61,336 nucleotides of DNA, filler included, from Rhabdomonas costata (GCA_019059605.1; 20 parts of 20 records of this genome joined end to end with filler, not necessarily neighbours in it), one strand, 5' to 3'; counted from the whole stretch's first letter, positions 1 through 12,198 are shown. A program made the numbers and translations. Notes: generated from the letters alone by a model not told the origin.

Positions 1-152
1 GGGGTTTTGAGATATCCCTTTTCCCTTGGCTTTGCCGTGGTAAAAACAACGGTAACCTTCACAAAGAAAATTGCACTGCACATTTGCAGAGTTCTTTTCG
101 TGTGAAGATGTGAACATGAAATAGAAAGGTGGACATCAAAAAGCTTAGCCAC

Positions 153-512
153 CTCCATGTCTCTGTGGGGGTGCGTGCCGAAACCCCGCAAGGGCTGCAC
201 CAGGTCGTCATTCACCACGCGCAGCACCCCAAAGCCGTCGCGGTGGGGGTCCGAGTACTCCGCAAACGAGAAGTGAAACCTGGACTTCAGCCAGTTCGGG
301 CTGCTCCAGTTGGGATTGCTCTCGTCGTTACGCGGGTTTCCGAAGTGCTCCGGGCTAGGCTCGGAGACAAACAGGGATTCCGCAGGAACCTTCTCCATCT
401 TAGTGGGCGAGGTGGACGCAGAGAGCAGAAGAGCGGCAGTGCACAGCGGGGCACCGCTGAAAAAGAAGCCACTGGCAACTCCAAGAAGACCCCGAGAAAG
501 CAGGCAGCGCAT
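153..512 (-). CDS. Pirin-family (bicupin, YhhW-like) protein, first exon
   Basis: Not in the ORF track because the frame runs off the window edge. Manual translation: MRCLLSRGLLGVASG...NWLKSRFHFSFAEYSDPHRDGFGVLRVVNDDLVQPLRGFGTHPHRDME, followed by a GT donor at 152. FGVLRVxNDD and GFGxHPHRDME are pirin motifs. Confidence 0.9.
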
Positions 513-1038
513 ATGAGGAGAAGGGTCTGCTTTTTTTCGAGACGGGAGATGGGAGTGGTCAGGGGTCAGAGAAAACCACTGTCGTGGCGGTCAGTGGGGA
601 CTCCACTTTCGATTCGGAGGCTGACCAGAGGCACCTCGCTACAATTTGGAGGGATGGCATCTGGTGCTGCAAGGATGTGGCGACTTTGACGTATTTGGAA
701 AGAATATTCTCCATATGCGCTGAGGGTTTGGGGACTGGGGGGAGAGAGAGGACACAAACGCTCCTGTGGTGCAACACCGGGATTGGGGATAGGCATCCAG
801 CTGACGAATGCACGAAAAAGGAATGCGCGCAGACCGTAACAACACATCGGCCACCGTAACAACACCGTCCACTTCATTGATCAACGGGCCCGTATTTACA
901 TCGTTCAGGCGTAACCCGCATCAACCCACGCGCAAACGAGGCCACCGATGCGGGGAAGCCTGCGTGATACCCCTGAAGGGGATAAGTTAAAAGTCAGTCC
1001 CCTTGAGAAGCCTCCTGCATTGTCAACGCACTAACCCC

Positions 1039-2326
1039 TCACCCGCCCCGAAGGGCTCCAGGTGGACTACCCCTATGCTCCGGCTTTGGCTGCTGCTGGG
1101 CAGGTCTGGCCGCAGCCACAACCGCCGGGGCGGCGGTTGTGACGGCAGTGGCAGTTGCCGGGGATGGTGCTTCCGCAGGTGCCTTAGCCTTTCTCTGCTG
1201 GCGGCGCATCATTGGGCCAGCGATGGAGAGAGCACGGACGGCGCGGTCGTCGTGGGTGTGCAGGGCAAAGTCCCCAGGGTGGAAGAGCTCGCGCTCGGGC
1301 CACACAGAGAGCCCGCGGCGGTCAAGGTGGAAGAAGGTCCATCCCCGGGGATCCCGCTCCAGGGGCCAGAACAGGAAGTGGTAGGCAGAGCGTCGCCCAT
1401 ACGGAAACCTACCCCAGCGCGATATTGCGTTGCAGTACTGAGCGGAAATTCCACTTTTAGGGCCCAATTAGCACCATTCTGAATGGGTTTGGGTGTGGGG
1501 ATCTTTCCTAACAATCTCTTGCACACGCACCTGCAAGAGACGTGCCAAAAATGGCGTCCACCTCTCGCGAGTTGCGGGCGGCTTTTCCTTTATAATGTCG
1601 AATCCGTACCCACATCTCGGAGGGAGGATTGGTCACCAGCACCTTTTCTCGTTTGTTTTTTGAACATAGGACCTCCAGCGGTGGTTTGGTTGTAACCATG
1701 CCTGACTACTATCGACATCTACTATCGACCACTTCTTTCATCGATGGCTTTTACTCATTGGTAATGGTTTTCACCACTCCTCTTCACTTTACCGCTTCAG
1801 CACTTCTCCAACCACCAATCTGTGTGCCGTTCTTGCATTCAACCCAATCTCGCGTTCCTGTTTTTGTTTCTGACGAACCCCAACCATTGCGAAACTCCTG
1901 TGCCTGTGCCGGAGTGCCGTCATTTTGTTTATGTAAAATTTTTAGGCACGGCATTTCGGATGTCTGCACCTACCCAGTGACGAATGGTTCCCCACAGGTG
2001 ACGAGAAAATTTGGAAAACAAGCCGCTCTCAAGGGAAGCCATGAACATGAAAGCACGAAGGAAAAAAACCAGCACTGTGGAACTTGCAAGTATCAGACGG
2101 CAGACCTTACAGGCGCCCAGAATGGGCATCAAGCAGATGCAGGCACGTGCTGAGAGGGGGGTGAGATGTGGGAGGATGAGGAAGACCCAAGCTTCAGCAT
2201 AGTGTCCCGGTAGCAGTCGATGGAGCGCCTCCAGTCCACCGCGGGGGAGGTCTTGCAGATCTCCAGCCCAGCGCTGCGCCCGCTGAGCCGGGCGTAGTAC
2301 GGAAGCATCACGTCCCACAGAGCGAC
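1039..2326 (-). CDS. Hypothetical protein, 3' exons (about 2326-2187 and 1408-1039); possibly glycosyltransferase (GT34/MNN10-like) C-terminus
   Basis: A GT-AG intron 2186-1409 joins in frame: ...DCYRDTMLKLG|FPYGRRSAYHFLFWP...FHPGDFALHTH. PGDFxxH resembles the GT34 C-terminal motif. The family assignment is weak. Confidence 0.45.
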
Positions 2327-2976
2327 CTGTTCCAATGGAATGGCCGCTGAGTGTGGTTTTGTCTTGCTCTCCCATCTTTCGGGAAGGGGGGGGGGAGCAT
2401 GACATTTGAAAATTACCATAGTGCAGGTGGAGAAAATTAGCCCGTGCTCCTTTCTCGCCGTTGAGGTAAGACCCATCCAAGTTCAACAGGTAACTCCGGG
2501 AAGTCCGCCAGTGAATTTCTCTTTGATGGCATAGTGCAGAGAGAGTGAGCGGAAGGGGGAATACAGAAGTCGACGACCTGGTCATTCCACTGAAACTTGC
2601 ATCGGTGAAAGAGAAGAACACTGCGCTGAGCGACGGTCTGGCACTGCCGCCCTGGGTCTGGCTCACTGGCATTCCACCTTTACCCCCACAATAGCGAAAA
2701 CAAGACATAGCTTCTCTCAGGTCTTCAACATAAATGCGTCCCTGACGTTTTTATTGCAGTGAGCAAATAAAATCACAATGAAACTGCAAAAAGGCATGAA
2801 GGAAGCACATGCAATGAACAAAACAAAGTCAAACCACAATTCGGTAACGCTCTTCAAAAGCTTCACAGTAGCCACTGAAGAGCATTGTAGACGAAAAGAA
2901 AACCGTGCTTTGGCCAAAGGGACGGAGGCTTACTGAGGAGGCACCCACAGCAACACGCACAAACCACACCCACCCC

Positions 2977-3076
2977 NNNNNNNNNNNNNNNNNNNNNNNN
3001 NNNNNNNNNNNNNNNNNNNNTTAATTAATTAANNNNNNNNNNNNNNNNNNNNNNNNNNNNNNNNNNNNNNNNNNNN
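2977..3076. other. Artificial contig linker (44 N + TTAATTAATTAA + 44 N), first of 19
   Basis: The same 100-nt spacer with stops in all frames recurs at 6052, 9126, 12199, 15276, 18350, 21421, 24492, 27563, 30641, 33713, 36786, 39859, 42928, 46001, 49070, 52137, 55207 and 58272. The contigs between linkers are all 2965-2978 bp. Confidence 0.99.
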
Positions 3077-3798
3077 GGGTTTTTTTTTTGGGGAGTGGGG
3101 GTTGACCGGTTTAACGTCGTAAAAGGTGAGTGAGGATATCAGATTTATAATGGGGTTCCTTTTCTCGGTGTTAGAGGTGTTTCAGGCGTTAGAGGACGGA
3201 CTTCGGTGAATTTATCCAAAGAGGGCGATGAACGGTTCCCAGGAGATGGCACACCTAGCAAACCTAGGGGCAGCGTTATCTTAGTGGTGAAGGGAAGCGC
3301 GGTCGGAGCAGGCGGGGAGTTTTTGTAATCATGCGCTCCAAAGGCGAAACATGAAGGCGTTTTCGAGTGGCCAAGCATTCATGGTTTTGTACCTAGAGTT
3401 TTGCCGTCCCACTGAACCCAACAGGGTTAAGAATAGGAAAGGAGGATTTCTAGTTCCCTTCTTCACCGGTCTATCGAAGAAGGGAATTTCCTCCGGCACC
3501 CTCACTACCGCGCGTACCAAGGCAAAAATAAAAATTCGACGCTTTTAAACGAACCTGCCAGTTCTTCCCAAATGAAAGAAACGCACGGTTCTCTTGAAAT
3601 CAAAATGAAGCCCACTTTTCAGAACAAAGCAAACCAAGGGTCGAAGTTGTCTGCATGAAATAGCCAACCAGCACAGGTGGCCGACAGAGTCCAAAGAAGG
3701 ATCCAGAAGCTGCCAGCTCCCGTCACAACCCCCAACAAAACACCACTGGCATTGAACTGAAGCGATCATTCCTAAAAACAAAATGTTGTGAACTTTTT

Positions 3799-5517
3799 TC
3801 AGAAAATACTGCAAGCACCAGAAACACAAGAACACTGGTTTAAGGACACTTGGGCAATAATGTCTTGCCTATCTGCATCCTGGACATTGTTTTCGCTCAC
3901 ATTCAAGGAGGTGACGCTGGTGAGAAAAGAGGACGTCCTCAGCGCTTGCAGTCCAACAGCGCCAATTTGATTCCGGCTCACATCCAAGGAATAGAGCTTG
4001 GGGAAGACAGAGGATGCCGCAAGTGCTTTCGCTCCTGCGTCCTCGATAGCGTTTTCCCTCAGTTTCAATTTGGTCAGATTGGGGAAGAAAGGGCAGGCAG
4101 CAAGCGCTCGCACTCCGCCAGCCATAATCAAATTCCCGCTAACATCCAAAGAGGCAAGTTTGGGAAAGAAAGCGCATTGAGAAAGCGCTTCCACTCCTTC
4201 AAGGCCGATACGGTTTGACCCCAAGTTCAAAGAGGTTAGGTTAGGGAAGAAACGACAGGTTGCAAGCGCTTCCACTCCACCAGCCATGATCAAGCTCCGG
4301 CTCACATCCAAAGAGGCAAGGTTGGGGAAGAGGCGGCAGGCCGCAAGTCGTTGCATTCCTTCGACGCCCAAGTCGTTAATGCTTAAAGCTAAGGTGGTGA
4401 GAAAGGGGAAGAAAGCGCAGGCCGCAAGGGCTTCTATTCCTGCCTGCAGCACGTTGGAGGTCACGTCCAAGAAGGTGAGTCTGGGGAAAAGGGGGCATGC
4501 CGCAAGCGCACGAATTCCCGCATCGCCGATCCGGTTGCAGCCCACTGCCAGGGAGGTGAGATTGGGGAAGAAAGGGCAGCCCGCAAGCGCTTGCATTCCC
4601 GCAGCGCCTATCTGATTGAAACGCACATCCAAGAAGGTTAAGTTGGGAAAGAAACGGCATGCCGCCAGCGCTTGAGTTCCTGCATCGCCAATTCGGTTCT
4701 GACAAACGTCCAAGGAGGAGAGGTTGGAGAACAAAGAGCTTCTCGACATCGCTTGCAATCCTACATCGCTGATCTGGGTGGCGCTCACATCCAAGGAAGT
4801 AAGATTGGTGAGGGTATTGGCTGTCGCAAGCGCTTGCATTCCTTCATCACCAATGGAATTACCGCCTACATCCAAGAAGGCAAGGCTGGAGTAGAAAGAG
4901 CTGCCCGCAAGCGCTTGCACTCCTGCAGCGCCGAACGAACAAAACCTGAGATTCAACGAAGTGAGAATCGAGAAAGGGCATGCCGCAAGCAATGGCATTG
5001 CTTTATCCTCGATTCTGTTGCCATCCACTGCTAAGGAAGTGAGTTTTGGGAAGAATGGGGAAGTCGCGAGCGCTCGCAGTCCTGCAACGCCGATAGAGCA
5101 GAAACACAATTTCCAGGAAGTGAGGTTGGGGAAGAAAGAAAGGGCCGCAAGCTTTCGTAATCCCTCATCGTCGACATAATTTCTGCTCAAATCCAAGGAG
5201 GTGAGGTTGGGGAACAGAAAGGAACCAGGAGTTCTCGCAAGACCTTCCTGAAGCACCTGAACGAGGACGCTTGGGGCGTGCACCGAAATCTCCGCAACGG
5301 AGCACATCAGCCACCATGCTCCCGGACGTGCTGTTGGCCTCCGCGAAGGGTCGTTAAGGAGCACAACCCTCCATCCCACAGCAATGAAACCGTCCAATAA
5401 ATCCCGAAACTGCCGGCACACTAGCCTCAGAGCCAGCTGCGGCTTTCGCCCCAAGAATCGAAAGCTGTGCAACAAAATGCTCTCAGGAAGGCTGGACTTT
5501 GGCGATCTTGCCGGCAT
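3799..5517 (-). CDS. F-box / leucine-rich repeat protein (RI-like 27-28 aa LRRs), intronless
   Basis: The N-terminus SLPESILLHSFRFL...LRLVCRQFRDLLD is F-box-like. It is followed by about 15 repeats of FPNLTxLDVxxNxIGxxGxxALAxxx. Probable start is MPARS at 5517. Confidence 0.9.
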   Translation of the reverse strand: MPARSPKSSLPESILLHSFRFLGRKPQLALRLVCRQFRDLLDGFIAVGWRVVLLNDPSRRPTARPGAWWLMCSVAEISVHAPSVLVQVLQEGLARTPGSFLFPNLTSLDLSRNYVDDEGLRKLAALSFFPNLTSWKLCFCSIGVAGLRALATSPFFPKLTSLAVDGNRIEDKAMPLLAACPFSILTSLNLRFCSFGAAGVQALAGSSFYSSLAFLDVGGNSIGDEGMQALATANTLTNLTSLDVSATQISDVGLQAMSRSSLFSNLSSLDVCQNRIGDAGTQALAACRFFPNLTFLDVRFNQIGAAGMQALAGCPFFPNLTSLAVGCNRIGDAGIRALAACPLFPRLTFLDVTSNVLQAGIEALAACAFFPFLTTLALSINDLGVEGMQRLAACRLFPNLASLDVSRSLIMAGGVEALATCRFFPNLTSLNLGSNRIGLEGVEALSQCAFFPKLASLDVSGNLIMAGGVRALAACPFFPNLTKLKLRENAIEDAGAKALAASSVFPKLYSLDVSRNQIGAVGLQALRTSSFLTSVTSLNVSENNVQDADRQDIIAQVSLNQCSCVSGACSIF

Positions 5518-7338
5518 ATTGGAGGGCTTGCTTTTTCCAATTAGACGTGCGTCAAAAGAAAATAAAAGCAGAACAAGAAGCAAAAAGGCGAATCAATTAA
5601 TGACCTGAAGAAGAAGCAAGCACAGTCAGGAAGGCAGAACGGGGGATGCACCGAGCGGTCGTTTGACGATGACAAGTCAGCGCAGCTTGAACCAATTGGT
5701 GCTCCGGCGAAAAGCCACAAAAAAAGAAACAGAACAATGACTTAAATCGGGAATTTGTGCAGTAAAGTCCATAATCCCTGCCCTCCAGGGTCCACGTTTC
5801 TGCATGCTCCCCGTCCGAAAGTTCATGTGGGGGGTTTTACAGGTTCCGCCAGAACACGCATCCCGCCCCTAAAACATACGCCCGCTACAAAACTCTCACG
5901 CCACATCGCGATGCGTATTCCAGTCAAGCTTTCCAGTCAAGGGTTGAGATTCTACGGAGGACGCGTCATCACAGGGAGTACCACATTCCTAGCGGATGCT
6001 GTGGCGAGCGCCATCGCCACACCACACCACCACACCAAACACACCCACCACNNNNNNNNNNNNNNNNNNNNNNNNNNNNNNNNNNNNNNNNNNNNTTAAT
6101 TAATTAANNNNNNNNNNNNNNNNNNNNNNNNNNNNNNNNNNNNNNNNNNNNTGTTGTGTGTGTGTGCGAATATAAATGTCGAAGTTTTTTTCCGGTTGTA
6201 TTCGGGTCTTTTGTCCTTCCCTGCTCCAGGGGACGGACAAATAAGGTAGATATAGCTTGCTTCCAACGGATACGTGGAGAAGATCCCTAAGAGTGCAGAA
6301 TATAAAGCAAGGTACGACGGCTTGGGAGAGCCGCACCGCGCGCACTGGGGCGGCAGCCCCCGCAAAATGGGTGCCTCCCTCAGCTGACTTCTTGAAAGCA
6401 AAAGAAAGGTCACACTGTGGACAAAGAATTGGGCAAAAAAAATGCAAACGTTGCGGACCACAAGCAGATGGGAAGACAGAAGTTCGGTTATGCTTGACTT
6501 GGACGGAAGTTCCAGCCCCTGCCTCTTCCTGTTAGGAATTTATGGAGTGAGGTTGGGATTGGGGCCGTGCCCTGACCCTACAAGTCGACTTGGGGGAGCT
6601 GCAAAAACAGCGAAAACGGACTTTCGAAGCAAGCCAAATAACAATGTTCCGTGAAAGAGGAATGTAGATGTGATGGACGTGGGGCATTGGTTTCGAAATT
6701 GCATGTGGCAATGAAATGGGGTTTCTCTGGGACATGAAGAGGTCATGAGAAGGTTGGCATTGGTTAGACCACCAATGAAGATGGAGAGTGTGCTGGGGTG
6801 GATAAAAGAGAAAAGAGGCAACGTGAGGAGAAATGGGTCACTGCGCGACGGAAGCGGAGAGGATCCCCATCCAAAGTGAATCGAGAATCTCGGCACGAGC
6901 ACCATAGTTGCGGTATTCTAGTCCAACTCTCTCCCCTGATGTCTTGTTCATACCTCTTCCACCCTGCTTCCACGAAAGTTTAGGGCAGTGTGCTGTCAGG
7001 TTCAACCCCGTGGCCCCTCCTCAAAAACCAGGAAAAGGAACTCACTTGTGCCTGGCGCAATGATCCACTAATGAACCTCTTCGGTGGTTGTTCTCGAAGC
7101 GGTCAACACCAAAAAGTTCCGACCATCACCCCAACCCCAGTCAATGATGAGTATTTTCTCTCAGAAGACACCCGGAGGTCAACCTCACTCCACCGACAAG
7201 GAACCGTTCAGCCTGAGCTTGCTGACAACAATTCATATCCGTCAAGGGAATGGCTGGTGCCTGGGCAAGTCCTGCCTCAAGGCTGTGGAGCATGTCTCCA
7301 GTGGGCACGCCTAGCCTCTTTCCATCAACCCGATATTG

Positions 7339-8674
7339 TCAGGAGGACAACCGGTCACCCTTTTGTTGGAAGTGTGGATTGTAGGAGAGGTCGTCTGTCG
7401 GGAAGGGCACGCCCTGCATTGGATGCCAAGGAGCGAACTCGACCCAGTTGCGAAAAGTGGGGGACATCAGGGCCTCGTACGCCACGCAGCCGAAGAGAAA
7501 CACCCCAAAAGCCCCGAGAAGGGCCCACCACGACGCAAGAGCCATGGTAAAGCCCATCACGAGCAGTGTGGGGAAAAGCATCACCACCAGCCACTGAAGA
7601 CATGACAGGAAGGCATGACACAACCCCCCACACCACACAGAGAGACGCCTCCCTTCTTCTTTTTCTTCTTCTTCTTCTTCTTCCACTCAAAGTATCGCAG
7701 TCAGTTTTCTAAATTCCATCCTATCTCTGCCTCGCATCGATCAGTGTTTTTTGGTCAGCAAATGCAAGTACCCTCGGCGCTATGCGAATGAATGTCACGC
7801 ATTTGTGTTTGGAGAGGCATCGTGCATTTGTGCATTGTGCATTTGTGTTTGTGAAGGTGCGCTCACGACCGGAAACGGCAGTGGTATCCTGAACGGCCGG
7901 GGCCAGTGCGGAAACGCCCACCGCAAGTACAGAAAGGCCGAGAACTCAATGAATGCCGCAATGATGTACAGCAAGTTCAGCATCATCGTCAGTTTCCCAA
8001 AAACCACCAGTACCGATCCCAGCAGAACAGCGGTCAGGCTGAGCAGAATTCCCAGTGTTGGGGTACCGTGCCGAGACCGTCGCGCAAAGCATAGCGGAAG
8101 GAACCCTCGGTCCGCCATCCCTGAAAAGAGTTCATAAGCGCTTTTCGACCCACCAAACTTCCATACAGGTGACCTTGCGGGCCTGAGAGTTTCTGCGGAT
8201 TCGAATCGACGCAGCTTCGGTGATATATCAAATAATCACATAGAACTGGGCTAACTGACCCTAACACTCCGAATTCAAAATATTTTGGTTTAGCCTTTGT
8301 CTCGGATGACGGAAGATGGCTCAACCCAAACACCACACTCTCTTTCTGGTGCGTGTGGTACGTCAATGCCCTGATTAATGCCTTAGTGTGTTAAGGATGC
8401 AACGAATCACAGCTGTGATACATCTAAACTAAAATCGCCGCGTTGAGAAAAAACGATGGTTTCTGTGTTGTTGTTATTTGACGAAACGCAGCCGCCCCTT
8501 CAATGAAGTACACACATAAAAAGCACTCTCAAGCCCACCCACGCACCCACAAGCTGAAAACTGTCAGAGCTCATTTCCGCCTCAAATTGGCCCAGGTTGG
8601 AGAGCGCTGACGCCCCAATCATTCCCCACTGAAGGGGCCAACCGCCCACAGCTTTGGCAACATCCGTGTATAGC
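7339..8674 (-). CDS. APC-superfamily amino acid/polyamine transporter (LAT/PUT/RMV1-like), 3' exons 8674-8547, 8120-7867, 7593-7339
   Basis: The spliced product contains [48 protein letters not shown] and FLYLRWAFPHWPRPFRIP. GT-AG junctions are in frame. Confidence 0.9.
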
Positions 8675-9323
8675 CTGAGCGCGCAGAAGCACATTCGCAC
8701 GAATGCACACCGCCAGCAAACAAAAAGCTGGAAAAAATAATGAATAAGGTTGCCAGGCAAAATCGCTGATTGTTACAGCCATGCCTCGCCGTCAGGAGAT
8801 TTCCGCTCAGAAAAACGGCCAAGGAGCCACGCACACAAGAGAGCAAGAGAGCGGACATGGCAGGGGGGATCGGAAGCAAACTCACTTAATGCGACGGTTA
8901 AGCCGACGCTGCCCAGTTCCCCAATCCATTGCTTCATTCCCAATGCACTGATCCCGAGCTTGCCACTGAAAACCACCCGACCGATAGCCCCGAGCATTGC
9001 CGGCGACAACGACAGCGCTTATCATTCGCATTGATATGGCCCACGTGAAGGCATGAGGAGGCGGGGTACGACCAATGTTGCAACACAAACGCGTCTCTCT
9101 TCACTCGTTTCTATGCCCAACACCCNNNNNNNNNNNNNNNNNNNNNNNNNNNNNNNNNNNNNNNNNNNNTTAATTAATTAANNNNNNNNNNNNNNNNNNN
9201 NNNNNNNNNNNNNNNNNNNNNNNNNTGTGTGGTGGTGGTGGAGGTGTTGGTGTTGGTGCCTGCGCTTCTCCTTCTGCCGCTGCGGCTGCTGCTTCGGGTG
9301 CTTCCCCTGTGCCTGTTGCTCAG

Positions 9324-11836
9324 CGGCCCGTCGTCGTGGTCTCGGCGCGGGTGCACCCCGCAGAGTGCGGGGCGTCCTGGGCAGTGGAGGGGCTGCTCTC
9401 CGCACTACTGGACCCCTCCAGCCCAGCCGCCCGCGCGCTGCGGGAGCAGTACGTGTGGAAGGTGTTTCTATTTCTGCCCCACCTCCCACCTGATGAACCT
9501 CGGTCCTCACGGGGTCGTCTCCCTCCCCACGAGATCTCTCTGTTTCTGCCCCACCTTTTATTTTTGGTGCCTGTTCTCACGGCCTAAGCTCCCTTTGCCT
9601 ACCTTTTAAATGCTGTTCCGACTGTTCCAGACGGGTTCCTTTTTCCCCGTAAAACCGCAAAACAAAGGTGATCCCGATGCTGAACGCCGACGGGGTGGTC
9701 GCGGGGAACACCCGCTGCTGCCTCAACGGGTGCGACCTGAACCGGCGGTGGCGGGCTCCAGACCCCTCAGCGCACGCCCCGATTCATGCAATGCGGGGGT
9801 ACCTCCACCATGTTGGGGCCCGGGAGAAGCGCCTGGTGCTTCTGTTTGTGGACCTCCACGGCCATGCCCGCCTCAAGAATGTCTTCATGTACGGCTGCCC
9901 AGGTCTGTGTGTGTAGGGACGGGTGGAACCGCGGTTCGCTGAACAGAAGGTGTGCCTCTGGATTGTGCCTTCACCGGGGTGGACATCATAAGTTCCATGG
10001 GATGCACGCACTGGCGAGGATTTGTACAAATGATGTTAAATTTTGGAGGATGGCGGATCTCAATGCACCTGGAAGCGACTAGTCCGGCGATGTGTCCGAG
10101 ATGACGCGCAGTGACATTAAGCAGCTGATGGTGTCATCCGCCCGTAGCCAACTTTACCACACTGCTGAGTGTCCGGTGAGGTTCCCAGCGACCTAAACGA
10201 GAAGATGGGGAAAGCGCGTGCACAGCAGGGGAGCCGAAGTGACGACGGTCAAGCATTCAACTTCCAAAAGCCGTGTACTAATTCAGACTGGTGTGTCTGT
10301 TTATGGTTGGGTGCACTCTTGAATGCAATCACTTTTTTCTGTTATCCAATGTTACCTGATGTTAGCAGTCGTGTTTCCACTCTATCCATTCTGCCGAAGT
10401 GTGAGGTACAGCTTCAGTTTGGAGTATGCCCGTTTAATTGGCTGTGCTGTGGAGGAGTTGTCTGGATCGGTTCACAATAGGGGACGGCACCATGGCCACC
10501 GTGCGGGGTCTTACCGTTCCCGTGGAGGCAGTGCTGCCCACCCTCCTGCACTCCGGGGCTGGGGCACCTTTGGGGTCCCCGGCGGTGTTTAGCTTGGCCA
10601 CCACAAGCTACCGCCTGCAGGCCTGCCGGGACTCCACCGGCCGTGTGGTGGGACGCCGCGAGCTCGGGATTAGCCTGAGCTACACCCTGGAGGCCTCGCT
10701 GTGCGGCTTCGGCGGGGCTGCATCGGCCTCCCCACCCAGCGCCAGCTCGATGCCTGGGCCAAGCTCGCCCTCGTCCATCGCCTCCTCTTCCTGTCCTGCA
10801 GGTGTGTTTCCTATTTCGCTTGCGTGCTGGTGCGCGTGTGCGTGCCATTGTGGTTTCTGTCAATAACCTCTGTCCTGCAGTAAAAGGGGTGATCCGCATT
10901 TCGAGAAGCAGCCAGGAAGCGGAAAAGGTTTGAAAGCCCATCTGGATGAAAGACGGCTATGACAACCACAGCACTGGGGCACAGTCCGACACGCCACAAG
11001 CTGAAAGATAAATGATGAAGATAACGTCTGGTGTACCCTGTTGTGTTTGGGTTATATGTGAGTAACGTCAAGTTGTGTCCCCAACCAGGCACCTGCTGGC
11101 CCCCATGTTCCACATGGGAAGACCTGGTTTGGGTGTGGCCAGAGGTGCCTTCAGTATAACACCTAATCGAGTCCAGCGTGATAGACAATGATATGAATTT
11201 GATCGGACATCGGTGCCTGGTAGTATCCGAACTTGCTTACCGTTAACTCCCAACTCTGTGTGTGTGGGGGGGCGGGTGCAGTGAATCTTCACGATGGTCG
11301 GGCGTGTAGTGTTGCTGGGAATGAGTGCAAAAAGGAGTGAGAAGGGATGAGGGGTCCTCTGAATCATCTTTGGGATGAATCAAACAGAATTACACGATAC
11401 GTTACTGGCGCCATCCTGTGCCGCACAGCTCCTTCGAGGTGGTGCCCGTTGTGGTGCTGTCGCCCCTTTTTCAGGGACTTCTGCGGTTCCGGAGCGTCCT
11501 TCCAGTTCCCAGTGCAGCCCAAGCTCAAGGCTGGTTTCCCCCCGAACGACAGAGGCAAGCCCTCCGAGCCCAGTCCTGCCCGCGCCCTTTGCCAGCCCTC
11601 CCTCTGAGGGGCACTTCCACTGCCACCACTACCTCACCATCGGCGCCAGTCTGGCCCGCTGTGTGCCCGCTCTGGACCGGAGCCGGATCACCCCCGGCTC
11701 GATGACGGTGCGAGAAGTTGTGGCGCGTTGGGGGCGCAACTTTTGGGCTGCGGTTGAGGCGGAGCGCCGGCGTGGGCCTGCGGGGAAGCCCGCCAAGGAA
11801 GCCGTGGTCAGTGAGGACTCCAGTGACTCCGGATGA
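9324..11836 (+). CDS. Cytosolic carboxypeptidase (M14 CCP/Nna1/AGBL family, tubulin deglutamylase-like), 3' exons 9324-9461, 9668-9902, 10481-10801, 11475-11836
   Basis: Motifs SARVHPAE, VIPMLNADGVVAGNTRC, DLNRRW, DLHGH, NVFMYGC and SYTLEAS are present. The GT-AG introns are phase-consistent. Confidence 0.9.
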
Positions 11837-11989
11837 TTGAAAAGCAAATTGACACCACTCGGAGATCTGCGGGCACCCTGAAGAATATTCCCGGGTTCAG
11901 TGCCGCTGCGAGCCGGAGCGATCGAGGCTTTTGCGCGATGGGTGCCGCGCTTTGAAGGTCACTGTTATAGAAGCCCTTGGGTGGGTATG

Positions 11990-12198
11990 ACGGGATTTTC
12001 TCAGCTGCTGGGCAAGAACTTTTGCTGCTTCCCATCGGGATCGGTGGATGCTTTCCACAGGTTTGCATGGAATGAGCATCGGCAGCATTACGGCGACAGC
12101 ACTCCAGTCCCAATCCTATCCATGAAAACCTGTGGAAAGCATCCACCGATCCCGATGGGAAGCAGCAAAAGTTCTTGCCCAGCAGCTGAAAAAACCCC
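11990..12198. repeat. Inverted repeat (arms of 70 bp or more, loop about 47 nt) running to the contig end
   Basis: 12001-12071 is the reverse complement of about 12119-12189, with one mismatch near the loop. Confidence 0.9.

Noticed and set aside
129-689. 186-aa plus-strand ORF
   Set aside because: Antisense shadow of the pirin exon.
3021-3032. Regularly spaced TTAATTAATTAA motif about every 3.07 kb, resembling an array or regulatory repeat
   Set aside because: It is embedded in N runs and is an artificial concatenation linker. Adjacency of genes across linkers has no biological meaning.
6020-6051. C/A-rich 3' ends and G/T-rich 5' ends of most contigs, resembling telomeres of nanochromosomes
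   Set aside because: There is no fixed repeat unit and genes are cut mid-exon. Where an inverted copy reveals the true sequence, the tail is the same sequence with G/T miscalled as A/C, which indicates read-end noise.
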